A DNA stretch of 64,000 bases from the NCBI GenBank assembly GCA_037441285.1, contig JBBISL010000003.1, forward strand, positions 10,491 through 74,490. The letters are read 5' to 3'. Positions within the stretch are counted from its first letter, which is position 1. Each line of letters opens with the position of its first letter. Below are positions 9,897-19,465 of the stretch, in pieces. The notes beneath the pieces were generated by a model. That model saw only the letters and a program-made list of their open reading frames with translations, was not told where the DNA came from and ran no database searches. Both the position numbers and the translations under genes were made by a program. The stretch comes from a candidate division WOR-3 bacterium. GTDB lineage: Bacteria; Hydrothermota; Tepidihabitantia; Tepidihabitantales; Tepidihabitantaceae.

Positions 9897-12335
9897 ATGC
9901 ATGAACGATTAAACGAGGTTCTACCCCTCGTCACCAAACCGATTCGTTACACCGGTGGCGAATACAACTCTTTTTATTTTGAGCCCGGGTCAAAACGGGT
10001 CAAATGGGTTCTGGCGATGCCCGATGTGTATGAAATCGGGATGTCCAATTACGGGTTACGGATTCTTTATTCAATTATCAATCGGTTACCAAACGGTTGT
10101 TGTGAACGGTGCTATGCACCCTGGCCCGATTTTGGCGCGTTGCTTAAGGCGCGACACATTCCCCTTTATGCCTTAGAATCACGGCGGCCGGTTAAGGAGT
10201 TTAACATCCTTGGCGTCTCGTTGCAGAGCGAACTTACCTATACCAATTTACTTTATCTCCTCGACCTTGCCGGAATTCCGCGTTATCGAACCGAACGGGG
10301 ATGCCACGACCCGCTGGTTGTTGCCGGCGGTCCGGGAGCGGTGAATCCGCTGCCCATGGCGGATTTCGTGGATGTGTTTGTGGTTGGTGATGGCGAGGAG
10401 GCGGTGCGAGAAATTACCGCGGTATACGAAGGCTGGAATCAGCGGTCACGGGAGGAGCTGTTAGAAAACCTTGCCCGTTTGTCTGGATTGTATGTACCCG
10501 GTTCTACCGATACCGGGAAAGCCCGGATAATACGGCGGGTGGTGTCGGAGTTGCGTGAAGAGGATTTTCCCTTTCCGCCTCTGGTCCCGATATGCGAGAT
10601 AACCCATGACCGTCTTACCGTGGAGATTGCCCGCGGTTGTATCCGGGGATGCCGATTCTGTCAGGCAGGGGTAATCAATCGTCCGGTGCGGTTTCGGGAT
10701 GTGGAACAGGTTGTGCGCATTGCCGAGCGCGGCATCAGGTCAAGTGGTTGGGAAGAGGTTTCGCTTCTGGCACTTTCCGCCCTTGACTATCCCTATCTAT
10801 TAGAACTGGTGGAACGGCTGAACAGGCGGTTGCGGGAGCGCAGGGTGTCGATTTCTTTACCTTCCACCCGGGGTGAGGATTTTACTCCGGAACTGGCATT
10901 TTCTTTGCAAGAGATAAAAAAGGCGGGGTTGACCTTTGCTCCGGAGACGGCGTCGCCGCGGTTGCGCAATTTGCTCAACAAGGACATTGCCGAAGAGAAG
11001 ATTCTTGAGTCGGTGCGGAATGCGCTTGATGCGGGCTGGGCCGGGGTAAAACTGTATTTTATGATTGGGCTACCGGGTGAGACTGTAGAGGATGTCAAGG
11101 AGATCGGGAGATTTGTAACCGAGGTGGCGCGACTTTGTCGGGGGCGGACGGTGCGGTTTAATCTGACGCCTTTCATACCCAAGCCTCACACCCCATTGCA
11201 ATGGGCCGGTTTTGGCTCAATTGAGGAGACCCGGGAAAAGATGGCACTGTTGAAGGAGATGCTAAATCGGCGTAATATCAAGCCCAAGTGGGAGAATCCG
11301 GAGGCTTCTTTTGTCCAGGCACTGATTGCGCGGGGCGACGAGAAAATCGGCCGGGTGATTGAGCGGGTCTATGAACAGGGCGGGATTTTTCAGGAGTGGA
11401 CCGAATTCTTTAACTTTTCGGTCTGGCAAGATGCTTGCGTCCAATGCGGGGTAGACCCGGCAACTTATTTAAGTAACCGGTCGATAGATGATACCCTACC
11501 CTGGGATTTTATCGATGTTGGTGTGACCAAGGATTTTCTCATCGAGGAATACCGGCGGGCGCAGCAAGGGGAAAGGACACCGGACTGTATGCAAGGAGGG
11601 TGTACTAATTGTGGTGCCTGCCCGGGACCAAAGCCGGCAGTTCCTCCGGCACCGGTGGAAATAAAGGATGAGGCGCCGGGTCGGTTTGGCCGAAAGCCCC
11701 GAAGGGTTCAGGCTTACGAGGAGTTAAAGAGCCGGTTTCGTTTGAAGTATTTGGTGGAAGAGCCGTTCCAGTTTGCCGCGCACCTGGACCGGGTGCGGGC
11801 ATTTTACCGTACTTTGCGGCGGAGTGAGTTGCCGGTGGTTTACACCAAGGGGTTTGCGCCGAAACCGATGCTCTCTTTTGGACCGCCGTTACCGGTGGGT
11901 TTGACATCGGACGGCGAGTATGTTGATATCTATCTTTCTTATCAATATTCGGGAAATATTGTCCGGGACATCGGGCAGTTCCTGCCGCGCGGAATCAGAG
12001 TGGTAGCGGCGCGGTTGGTGCCCAACAGTATGCCGACCTTAGGCGCTACCATCAACCTGGGCCGATACGAGGTGGTTGTGCCGGATGAAGAGGCATTGAA
12101 CCGGGCGCTGGCAAAGGGAAAGGAGATTCCCGGTGTGCACGCGGTTGTGCCTCTTGACCGGGAAAAGTTGCTTGTTGACCTGACGATTGGGCCCGGGGTG
12201 AGGTTGTTTGATGTGCTGGGGCAGCTTTTGGGCCGAGAAGGCAACGAAGTCCGGTGTCTCACGGTTAAACGGAAAGACTGTTTTGCTCTGATAGAGGGTG
12301 AATTGCGGTCGCCTTTTGGCGAGGCGGTGCGATAG
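9897..12335 (+). CDS. Radical SAM protein, fused TIGR03960-like (B12-binding-like N-domain plus radical SAM core) and TIGR03936/DUF2344-like C-domain
   Basis: 812 aa with the CIRGCRFCQAG (CxxxCxxC) motif. The C-terminal 200 aa (FRLKYLVEEPFQFAAHLDRVRAF...) matches the radical SAM-linked protein family. It is immediately followed by RNase G, a known conserved linkage. Confidence 0.75.
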   Translation: MHERLNEVLPLVTKPIRYTGGEYNSFYFEPGSKRVKWVLAMPDVYEIGMSNYGLRILYSIINRLPNGCCERCYAPWPDFGALLKARHIPLYALESRRPVKEFNILGVSLQSELTYTNLLYLLDLAGIPRYRTERGCHDPLVVAGGPGAVNPLPMADFVDVFVVGDGEEAVREITAVYEGWNQRSREELLENLARLSGLYVPGSTDTGKARIIRRVVSELREEDFPFPPLVPICEITHDRLTVEIARGCIRGCRFCQAGVINRPVRFRDVEQVVRIAERGIRSSGWEEVSLLALSALDYPYLLELVERLNRRLRERRVSISLPSTRGEDFTPELAFSLQEIKKAGLTFAPETASPRLRNLLNKDIAEEKILESVRNALDAGWAGVKLYFMIGLPGETVEDVKEIGRFVTEVARLCRGRTVRFNLTPFIPKPHTPLQWAGFGSIEETREKMALLKEMLNRRNIKPKWENPEASFVQALIARGDEKIGRVIERVYEQGGIFQEWTEFFNFSVWQDACVQCGVDPATYLSNRSIDDTLPWDFIDVGVTKDFLIEEYRRAQQGERTPDCMQGGCTNCGACPGPKPAVPPAPVEIKDEAPGRFGRKPRRVQAYEELKSRFRLKYLVEEPFQFAAHLDRVRAFYRTLRRSELPVVYTKGFAPKPMLSFGPPLPVGLTSDGEYVDIYLSYQYSGNIVRDIGQFLPRGIRVVAARLVPNSMPTLGATINLGRYEVVVPDEEALNRALAKGKEIPGVHAVVPLDREKLLVDLTIGPGVRLFDVLGQLLGREGNEVRCLTVKRKDCFALIEGELRSPFGEAVR

Positions 12336-12353
12336 AAAAATGAGGGAGGTCAA

Positions 12354-13841
12354 ATGAAGGTCAAGACCAAAATTGCCATCAGCGCCAATGAATGGGAAAC
12401 GAGGGTGGCGGTGTTTGAAAATGACCGACTGGTGGAATTTTATGTGGAACGTGCCGAACAGCAGAACCTGGTGGGGCGGATTTACAAAGGAAGGGTAGAA
12501 AATGTGATAAAGGGTCTGCGGGGTGCGTTTGTGAACATCGGTCTGCGCAAGAACGGTTTTCTGCCCTTGACCGAGATTCCGGAGTTCGCCACCCTCGAAG
12601 GGGATGAAATTGATGAACTGGAGAAGGGAAAGGTTCAGCCCCGGACCATTACCCTGCGGGAAGGGGAAGAGATTCTTGTTCAGGTTGTCAAGGACCCGTT
12701 TGCGGAGAAGGGGGCACGCTTGACATCGTTCGTTTCGATTCCGGGGCGGTTTTTAGTTTACTTCCCCAATGCCCAGCGCATCGGCATATCACGGCGGATT
12801 GCCGACCGGCGGGAACGCGCTCGGTTGAGAGATGTGGTGCGGCAGTTTAAAAGTCCGCACGCGGGATTGATCATCCGGACCGCGGCAGCAGAGGCATCGA
12901 GCGATGACCTTCAACTGGAGTATCAGGAACTGGAGCGGGTCTGGGAAGAGGTGCGCAGCAAGGCGGAGATGGTTCGTTCGCCGGCGGTGCTCTACGAGGA
13001 GCCATCAATTGCGGTCAAGGTTGTGCGGGACATTTTGAACGAGAATGTTGAAAAAATTACCGTGGACAATGAAGGGGTGTATAAACAACTAAGCGAATAC
13101 CTTGCGCGCCTGGCACCCCGTTTTCGGCGCCGGCTGGAGTTTTATCGGGGTGACACCCCGTTATTTGAGTACACCGGTGCCGAAGCGGAGCTGGCTGCGC
13201 TGTTTCAGAAACGGGTATGGCTGAAGTCCGGGGGATTTATTACCATTGACCAGACCGAGGCGATGGTGGTTATCGATGTCAACACCGGCCGCTCCGCCCA
13301 GGAGGAGGACCCGGAGAAGCTGATATTCGAAACCAACCTTGAGGCAGCAGCGGAGATTGCCCGCCAGATAAGACTTCGGGACCTTGCCGGACTGATAATT
13401 ATCGACTTTATCGACATGGAGGACCAGAAGAATACCGAACGGGTAGTCCAGGAGTTGAAGGCACATCTTTCCAATGACCGGGCAAAGGCGGACTTTTCAA
13501 AGATGAGCCGTTTCGGGTTATTGGAGATGACCCGCGAAAGAACCCGGCCGGGAATGATGTATCTGTTGTGCGAGACCTGTCCGACCTGTAATGGCACGGG
13601 CCGGGTGCGCTCACGCGCCGATGTCGCAATGCAGGTTGAGCGGATGATAATCAACCGATTGCCAAAACTCCGGGGCCGGCGCGTGCGGATTCTGGCGGCA
13701 CCATCCCTTGCTGAGTTTCTTACCACTGAATGGTATGACCGTCTGGCTGAGTTTGCCCGACGGTATGAGCTGGCGATAGATGTGAAAACCGACTATCAGC
13801 TGGCACCAACGGAATTTAAGTTGCTGGCCGAGTCGGTTTAG
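12354..13841 (+). CDS. rng: Ribonuclease G/E family endoribonuclease
   Basis: 495 aa with an S1 domain (GRIYKGRVENVIKGLRGAFVNIG), the DNase I-like catalytic region and a zinc-link CPTCNGTG. Confidence 0.85.
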   Translation: MKVKTKIAISANEWETRVAVFENDRLVEFYVERAEQQNLVGRIYKGRVENVIKGLRGAFVNIGLRKNGFLPLTEIPEFATLEGDEIDELEKGKVQPRTITLREGEEILVQVVKDPFAEKGARLTSFVSIPGRFLVYFPNAQRIGISRRIADRRERARLRDVVRQFKSPHAGLIIRTAAAEASSDDLQLEYQELERVWEEVRSKAEMVRSPAVLYEEPSIAVKVVRDILNENVEKITVDNEGVYKQLSEYLARLAPRFRRRLEFYRGDTPLFEYTGAEAELAALFQKRVWLKSGGFITIDQTEAMVVIDVNTGRSAQEEDPEKLIFETNLEAAAEIARQIRLRDLAGLIIIDFIDMEDQKNTERVVQELKAHLSNDRAKADFSKMSRFGLLEMTRERTRPGMMYLLCETCPTCNGTGRVRSRADVAMQVERMIINRLPKLRGRRVRILAAPSLAEFLTTEWYDRLAEFARRYELAIDVKTDYQLAPTEFKLLAESV

Positions 13842-14059
13842 TCGCGAACCTCAAACAACTTCCAGCGGCTCGTTCTTCCCTGCACGAGACGGATACTGCT
13901 TTTCGGTAGATGCAGAAATTCCGCAAGGGCGGCAATCACCGCCTGGTTCGCCTTGTCTTCTAACGGTGCAGCACGGACCGCCACGGTCAAGGTGCCATCG
14001 GGGTTACGAGTTACCGACTCTTTCCGGCTTTTGGGTTTGACAAAGACACGCAGGTGCAA
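13838..14059 (-). CDS. DUF167/UPF0235 (YggU-like) small protein
   Basis: 73 aa: VKPKSRKESV...AAPLEDKANQAVIAALAEFL...SRWKLF matches the YggU family pattern. Confidence 0.6.
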   Translation of the reverse strand: MHLRVFVKPKSRKESVTRNPDGTLTVAVRAAPLEDKANQAVIAALAEFLHLPKSSIRLVQGRTSRWKLFEVRD

Positions 14060-14063
14060 ATGG

Positions 14064-16547
14064 TTAACCCGCCTGTGCCAATCGCCGTGCCGTAGCGCTC
14101 AAGTCGGTTTTGAAACGGTCTTTGAGTTCCTGCCGCTTGCCGGCATTCCAGCCCGATACCCTGGAAAAGTAGCCGGTTACCCGGGTGATGTAGTCAACAT
14201 CGGAGGAGTGGCAGTAAGGACAGGTGTCAGCGATGCCGCGGCTGGTGCGGTGGCATCGGCTACAGGTAGTGAATTCGGGCGAGAAGGCGATTTGCGCGTT
14301 CCTGGTATTGTGGTAGGTTTTGAGAACAAAGTTCGCAATTGACTCTTTTGGTGGCCGGGAATCGGCAAGCCAAACATGGGTGAGGGCACCAGCTTCAATC
14401 ATATCGTGGAACTTACCTTCAAGATAGACACGGTCAATGGGGTCGATGGGAAGTGAGACATTCAGGTAAGTGGAGTTGGTGTAGTAAATTGAGCCGGAGT
14501 TGATATCACCTTTTACCACCCGCTGTGCCTGTTCCGGGTAGAACTCAAGGTCCAGTTTAGCAAGCCGGTAGGCGGTTGATTCAGCGGGCGTCTGTTCAAT
14601 CACCAGTCGGATATTGTTCTCTTTTGCCAGACGCTGGCACTCAAGGTTGAGGAAGGCAATCACCTTGAGGCCGAATCGTAACGCCACTTCACTCTCGTGC
14701 AGCTCCTGCCCCAGGTGGTACTGCACCATTTCGTTTAATCCCAAGACCCCGACCAGGAAAGTTGCCCGATGGAGTCGGAGATAAGGCTCGCCATCCGGGT
14801 CCATTGTTAAAAGTGCCAGTGGTCCTTCCGACTTCAAAGACAACAGTTTCTCAAGGAAGGTCTTTTTTTCCAGATGTGCCCGGACCACCATTTCCAATCG
14901 CTGACGGAGCAGTGAGAACAGGGTCGCGTCGTCATGATTGGCTAAAAACGCCACCCGGGGCAAATTGAGCGTCACATTCTGCAGGGCACAGTAACGCATC
15001 TTCCAGGGTGTTCGGGCATCATTCAGGTCGTTTTCGTCAAGGCGGAAACTGAGCCGGCAGCATTCGCTAATCTTTGCGGTTTTACCCCGGTCAAATACGA
15101 AATAGGTGTTGCCCTTTTCCGCCGCAACATCGGAAATATGGTAGAGAAAGTCGAGGGCGCCCTCGGTTTTGAAAAAGTTGTCGGTAAGATGCACCAGCGG
15201 TTTGGGAAAGAAGAATGGTCGGCCCGAACCATCACCATCAAGATAAACATCAAATATCGCCCGGACAAAACGCTGCGCCTCGGGCAGATAGTCCCGATAT
15301 TTTTTACCGGTATAATTGCCTCCGGGACCGATGGCGTCAACATCGGCAAAGTGCGGTGGGATTTCCCAGTAAAGGTTTATGTCGGAAAAGATTGCCTGTC
15401 CACCCCGGGCGACATTTTGCTGGGAGTATTCAAACACCAGCATCTGGGCGAGCTGATGGATGTCTTTATCGCTCATTCCGACCAAAAACGGAGCGAAGAA
15501 TATGTTGACCGCATCCCAGCCAATGGCACCGGCAAAGTGGCCCTGAAGCGCCGCCGAGAATTTCACCATATGGGCGAGTAGCGTTTCGGGGTGACGAGCC
15601 GGTTTTGCCATCGATAAGGCGTTGGGGAGATTAAGACCAAACTTCTTTACATATTCGAGCGACTGGCCCGAACAGTAGGGACGATTTATAAATCCCAAAT
15701 CGTGGAGATGAATGTCACCCCAGGTGTGGGCATCGGCAATATCAGGGTCAAACACCGAGGAGAGCGCGAACTGCTTCAGGGTCCATTCGGCAAGGGTCAT
15801 ATTTGTCGCTTCGGGGTTGTGAGGGGTGTTGGCATTCTCGCGGTTTTTGTAAAGGATGAGGTTCTCGACATCGTTCAGCGGTACACCAAGTCGGGTGTGG
15901 CGGCGCCGATGTTCCTCAAGGCCATGCTCAACCAGTTTGGCATTGACCAGTTCCCGCACGAGACTCGAGGTGACACGGCGGACATTTGAGGCGATGATAA
16001 TCTCCTCAACTTCGCGGGCGATTTCTTCGGCGCTCTCCGGGTCGAGGCTCGCTTCGCGGATTAAGGCGCGGCTGATTCGGCTTCGGTCCCACTGTCGGAT
16101 AGTGTCGTCCGAAGACCGGACAAAAAGGGCAAACTCAGTTGTATCCCGATTTACCCCAACCCGGGGTTTGAGCAGCGCGGCATGCCGTTTTCGTGCCTGG
16201 GCACGCCTTTCCCGGTAAAGAATGTAGGCTTTGGCGGTTTGGGCGTGTCCGTGTTCAATCAACACCTTCTCAACCGCATCGCCAATCTCATCTACCGTTG
16301 GGATATGGGGACCGCGCTGTTCATAAAGGTAATTTACCACCATTTCGGCAAGTTCGCGGGCGCGGGTGTAATCTTCGCCACCTACTGACCTTGCGGCTTT
16401 AAAAATGGCGGCGGCAATCTTTTCAATATTGAACTCCACCAGGTCTCCAGACCGTTTTTGTACCTTTCGGAATGGAAAAGGTGACGGTCCAGTGGCGTCT
16501 GGTGTGTTGTCAACTTTCCTGCAAGCCCGTTTTACCGGTTTTCCCAC
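14064..16547 (-). CDS. nrdD: Anaerobic ribonucleoside-triphosphate reductase (class III)
   Basis: 827 aa with an N-terminal ATP-cone, the C-terminal glycyl-radical motif RVTGYFSRVSGWNAGKRQELKDR and a CxxC...CxxC zinc ribbon. The N-terminal few codons may be over-called because they overlap nrdR. Confidence 0.9.
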   Translation of the reverse strand: MGKPVKRACRKVDNTPDATGPSPFPFRKVQKRSGDLVEFNIEKIAAAIFKAARSVGGEDYTRARELAEMVVNYLYEQRGPHIPTVDEIGDAVEKVLIEHGHAQTAKAYILYRERRAQARKRHAALLKPRVGVNRDTTEFALFVRSSDDTIRQWDRSRISRALIREASLDPESAEEIAREVEEIIIASNVRRVTSSLVRELVNAKLVEHGLEEHRRRHTRLGVPLNDVENLILYKNRENANTPHNPEATNMTLAEWTLKQFALSSVFDPDIADAHTWGDIHLHDLGFINRPYCSGQSLEYVKKFGLNLPNALSMAKPARHPETLLAHMVKFSAALQGHFAGAIGWDAVNIFFAPFLVGMSDKDIHQLAQMLVFEYSQQNVARGGQAIFSDINLYWEIPPHFADVDAIGPGGNYTGKKYRDYLPEAQRFVRAIFDVYLDGDGSGRPFFFPKPLVHLTDNFFKTEGALDFLYHISDVAAEKGNTYFVFDRGKTAKISECCRLSFRLDENDLNDARTPWKMRYCALQNVTLNLPRVAFLANHDDATLFSLLRQRLEMVVRAHLEKKTFLEKLLSLKSEGPLALLTMDPDGEPYLRLHRATFLVGVLGLNEMVQYHLGQELHESEVALRFGLKVIAFLNLECQRLAKENNIRLVIEQTPAESTAYRLAKLDLEFYPEQAQRVVKGDINSGSIYYTNSTYLNVSLPIDPIDRVYLEGKFHDMIEAGALTHVWLADSRPPKESIANFVLKTYHNTRNAQIAFSPEFTTCSRCHRTSRGIADTCPYCHSSDVDYITRVTGYFSRVSGWNAGKRQELKDRFKTDLSATARRLAQAG

Positions 16548-17004
16548 TCTGCACTCCTTTCTTGAGATTTTTTAACTCCTCCACAAACTGTTCCGGACTA
16601 TTAAATTGCCGGTAGACCGAGGCAAAACGGACATACGCTACCGGGTCAATTGATAGCAACTGCTCAAGTACCAGTTCTCCAAGTTCCGTGGAACTGACTT
16701 CCACCCGACTGTCTGCGGTTAGTTTTGTTTCAACCGCATCAATGAGCTTTTCAATATCGGTTCGGCTTACCGGCCGCTTACGGCAGGCAAGCAAAATACC
16801 ATTCAGCAGTTTTTGCCGGTCATAAGGTTCGCGGCGTCCGTCGCGTTTCACAACCATCAAGGGCATCTGTTCAACATACTCATATGTGGTAAATCTTTTA
16901 CCGCAATGCGCGCATTCCCGGCGACGTCTAATAGCGGTTCCGTCTTGAGAAGGGCGGGAGTCAAGAACCCGGTCTTCAACACTTTCACAAAAAGGGCACT
17001 TCAT
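16510..17004 (-). CDS. nrdR: Transcriptional repressor NrdR
   Basis: The MKCPFCESVEDRVLDSR...CAHCGKRFTTYE zinc ribbon plus an ATP-cone. Confidence 0.9.
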   Translation of the reverse strand: MKCPFCESVEDRVLDSRPSQDGTAIRRRRECAHCGKRFTTYEYVEQMPLMVVKRDGRREPYDRQKLLNGILLACRKRPVSRTDIEKLIDAVETKLTADSRVEVSSTELGELVLEQLLSIDPVAYVRFASVYRQFNSPEQFVEELKNLKKGVQSGKTGKTGLQES

Positions 17005-17025
17005 ATAGTGATGGTTTTAAATATA

Positions 17026-17041
17026 ATACTATATATAGCAG
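17026..17041. promoter_or_regulatory. Candidate NrdR box
   Basis: ATACTATATATAGCAG, with a palindromic core CTATATATAG, matches the consensus acaCwAtATaTwGtgt at 12 of 16 positions. It lies about 20 bp upstream of the nrdR start codon. Confidence 0.4.
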
Positions 17042-17177
17042 TGTCAATGAAAATGTAAATTTGACGCTAATTTTATAACTATTTTTAAAATAGTAAATTA
17101 CATTTACACTGCCGAATAAATCGGCGGCGAATTTTTGGTGCGGTTGTAAAGGTGGGTTTTAGGGTTTTTACCCTGAT

Positions 17178-17208
17178 TTATCCACATTTTATCCACAGGT
17201 TATCAACA
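17178..17208. promoter_or_regulatory. Three tandem DnaA boxes spaced 11 bp apart
   Basis: TTATCCACA at 17178-17186, TTATCCACA at 17189-17197 and TTATCAACA at 17200-17208, all in the same orientation. They are adjacent to an AT-rich stretch (17011-17160) upstream of nrdR-nrdD. Confidence 0.55.
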
Positions 17209-17214
17209 TTATTT

Positions 17215-18168
17215 TCAGGGGTGTTGAAAATGGTCATAGCCGTGCAGCGGTAATGGGGTAATGGTGCCTTTTTGTTCAAGATAAACGCCGGTTCCGGTTT
17301 CTACTCTGCCGATAATGGTGATTGGTGTGTTGTTAATGCGGGATGGTGGCTTTGTTTTTGTTGTGAAGAGCAGTTCGTAATCTTCGCCAGCAGTAAGACA
17401 GAAGCGAACAGTGTCAATATCAAGTTTTCTTGTCAACGCCCGGGTAACAGGATGAATCGGGATAAGTTCGGGCTGAATCACGATACGCACCCGGCTCATT
17501 TCAGCGATGTGTCGGGCATCGGTGGCGATGCCGTCTGATGTGTCAATCAGGGCATTTATCCGGCGTCGGAGTTTCGTCGTCACTTTGATGCGGGGTAAGG
17601 GGCATAAGTGGCGGATTGTCGCTGGTTGGTACTTTGATGCGGTTTTACCCTGAGCCAGGAGTAGCCGACCGGTTTCTGCCAATCCGGCAAAGCCGGTGAC
17701 GCAGAGAAAGTCTTTGGGTTTGGCGGCAGCACGTAATAGAGGTCTTGAAGTTTTGCCCAGTGCGGTTAATGTCAGAACCGGTTGGTCAAATGCGATGATG
17801 TCCCCGCCCACAATCTCACAGTTTAATCTGCTGCAAACAAAGTCTAACCCTTTATAAAGCTGTCGTAATTCATCGACCCGCGTATCGCCGGGGAGTGCCA
17901 GAGCAACCAGCAGGGCAATGGGTTGTGCACCCATTGCCACCACATCGGAAAGGCAGGCGCCAGCACAGCGTGTCCCCACATCGTGATAACTCATATAAGA
18001 AAGGTCAAAGTGAACACCCTGGGCATAACTGTCGGTTGTGATTACTGTTTTGCCATCCTTTAAAATGCAGGCGTCATCGCCGATACCGATTAAAACTTTA
18101 TTCCTCTTTTTTACTGTTTGACTGATGAGTTCAATTATTTTTGTCTCTCCCAAATGATTAATCCGCAT
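17215..18168 (-). CDS. thiL: Thiamine-monophosphate kinase (AIR synthase-related family)
   Basis: GETKIIELI...IGIGDDACIL...TTDSYAQGVHF are ThiL signatures. The start was moved to M59 of the listed ORF (MRINHL...). There is no C-terminal PRIC motif, so it is not HypE. Confidence 0.6.
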   Translation of the reverse strand: MRINHLGETKIIELISQTVKKRNKVLIGIGDDACILKDGKTVITTDSYAQGVHFDLSYMSYHDVGTRCAGACLSDVVAMGAQPIALLVALALPGDTRVDELRQLYKGLDFVCSRLNCEIVGGDIIAFDQPVLTLTALGKTSRPLLRAAAKPKDFLCVTGFAGLAETGRLLLAQGKTASKYQPATIRHLCPLPRIKVTTKLRRRINALIDTSDGIATDARHIAEMSRVRIVIQPELIPIHPVTRALTRKLDIDTVRFCLTAGEDYELLFTTKTKPPSRINNTPITIIGRVETGTGVYLEQKGTITPLPLHGYDHFQHP

Positions 18169-18448
18169 AGGCAATATTATATTATATGAAAATAGTTGCA
18201 AGAACGGGAGAAACGGTTTCCAGTTCATTTTGGCTGTTCCGACAGGCATCAAACCAGCACCCTTATTATCCGTGATATCATTTTTTTGGGAAATAATTGT
18301 CACCTTCACTTTATTTTCGAAATGTGATGGAGTTAATAACAAGCGAAATTTCTAATAGATAGGAGTATGTGTTCTGTTTTGATAAGGTAATAAATTTTAT
18401 GTGAAAGTTTTTCTTGACAAGCGATTTTAAATTTATAACTTTATTTTC

Positions 18449-19465
18449 TTGGCGATATACTTTTTACCAAACGAAAGGCGCGTCAACTGGCTCGCCCGAC
18501 TTGCGGGCGGTTACAACCTGTTCATTCCGGTTAAGGCTGGGAATGGGGTACACTGGCAGCGGTTTGATAAAGAAAAGGTTGATTTAGATTCCCTGGCATT
18601 AAAGGAGATTCGTGCTGCCGAGCCGATAAAATCTTTCCTTTTCAGCCCTCGGGAGCGGGTTGCCCTCTTTCCCGAACCACTCGAGGAGCCGGCTGATGGA
18701 AACCCGGCTCTTCTTTTGGGAGTGAAGGGTTGCGACCTGAGAGGTTTGGCGGTTCATCAAAAGATGTTCCTTGAGGGTGAGTTTGCGGACCCATTTTATT
18801 CAAAGCGGGTAAAAGAAACGGTTCTTATCGCAGCCGACTGTCCGGAGCCTAAAGACTCCTGTTTCTGCAATCTGGTTGGATTGAAGCCCTATGCGGTTGA
18901 TGGGGTGGATTTAGTCCTCAGCGTGATTGATGAAGGTTGGCTTGTTGAGGTTGTGTCGGAAAGAGGGGCAAAGCTGATTGAGGGCGAAAATTGGCAGCCT
19001 GCGGCCGAGAGGCAGATTAACAAGCGGGACGGCCAAAGGCAGCAGGCAGAAGGTGTGTTACAGCAGCGCAATCCTAAACCCCTGAACCCAAATTTACCAC
19101 AGGTGATTGCCGAAAGAACCAACGATGAGAAGTTCTGGGCGGAGGCAGCAAAGGATTGCGTTGAATGCTTTGGCTGTTTGATGACCTGTCCGACCTGCTT
19201 CTGTTTCTTACTGTACGACCAGGCAAAGGGCGATAAGGTTGAACGGACCAAGGTCTGGGATGCCTGTTATATGGCGATGTATGCTCGAGTTGGGGGCGGT
19301 GCAAATCCCCGGGCAAAGTTCCTTAAACGGTTTATTAATCGGTTTCACTGCAAGTTTATGCATGGGAAGAATCAACACGGGTTTTACTTCTGCTCGGGCT
19401 GTGGCAGATGCTTTACCGCCTGTATGGGTAAGATTGACATCAGGGATATTTTAGGACGCTTATGA
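18449..19465 (+). CDS. Iron-sulfur protein, AsrA / sulfhydrogenase-beta (HydB)-like
   Basis: 338 aa with Cys clusters CVECFGCLMTCPTCFC and CSGCGRCFTACMGKID. It has an apparent TTG start and is the first gene of the coupled operon. Confidence 0.55.
   Translation: MAIYFLPNERRVNWLARLAGGYNLFIPVKAGNGVHWQRFDKEKVDLDSLALKEIRAAEPIKSFLFSPRERVALFPEPLEEPADGNPALLLGVKGCDLRGLAVHQKMFLEGEFADPFYSKRVKETVLIAADCPEPKDSCFCNLVGLKPYAVDGVDLVLSVIDEGWLVEVVSERGAKLIEGENWQPAAERQINKRDGQRQQAEGVLQQRNPKPLNPNLPQVIAERTNDEKFWAEAAKDCVECFGCLMTCPTCFCFLLYDQAKGDKVERTKVWDACYMAMYARVGGGANPRAKFLKRFINRFHCKFMHGKNQHGFYFCSGCGRCFTACMGKIDIRDILGRL

Noticed and set aside
11605-12353. Several 100-106-aa minus-strand ORFs inside the radical SAM gene
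   Set aside because: They are antisense to a strongly supported CDS, typical of high-GC shadow ORFs.
17215-18168. AIR-synthase-family gene next to the hydrogenase operon as hypE
   Set aside because: It has ThiL-type motifs (IGIGDDACIL, TTDSYAQGVHF) and lacks the C-terminal PRIC cysteine of HypE.
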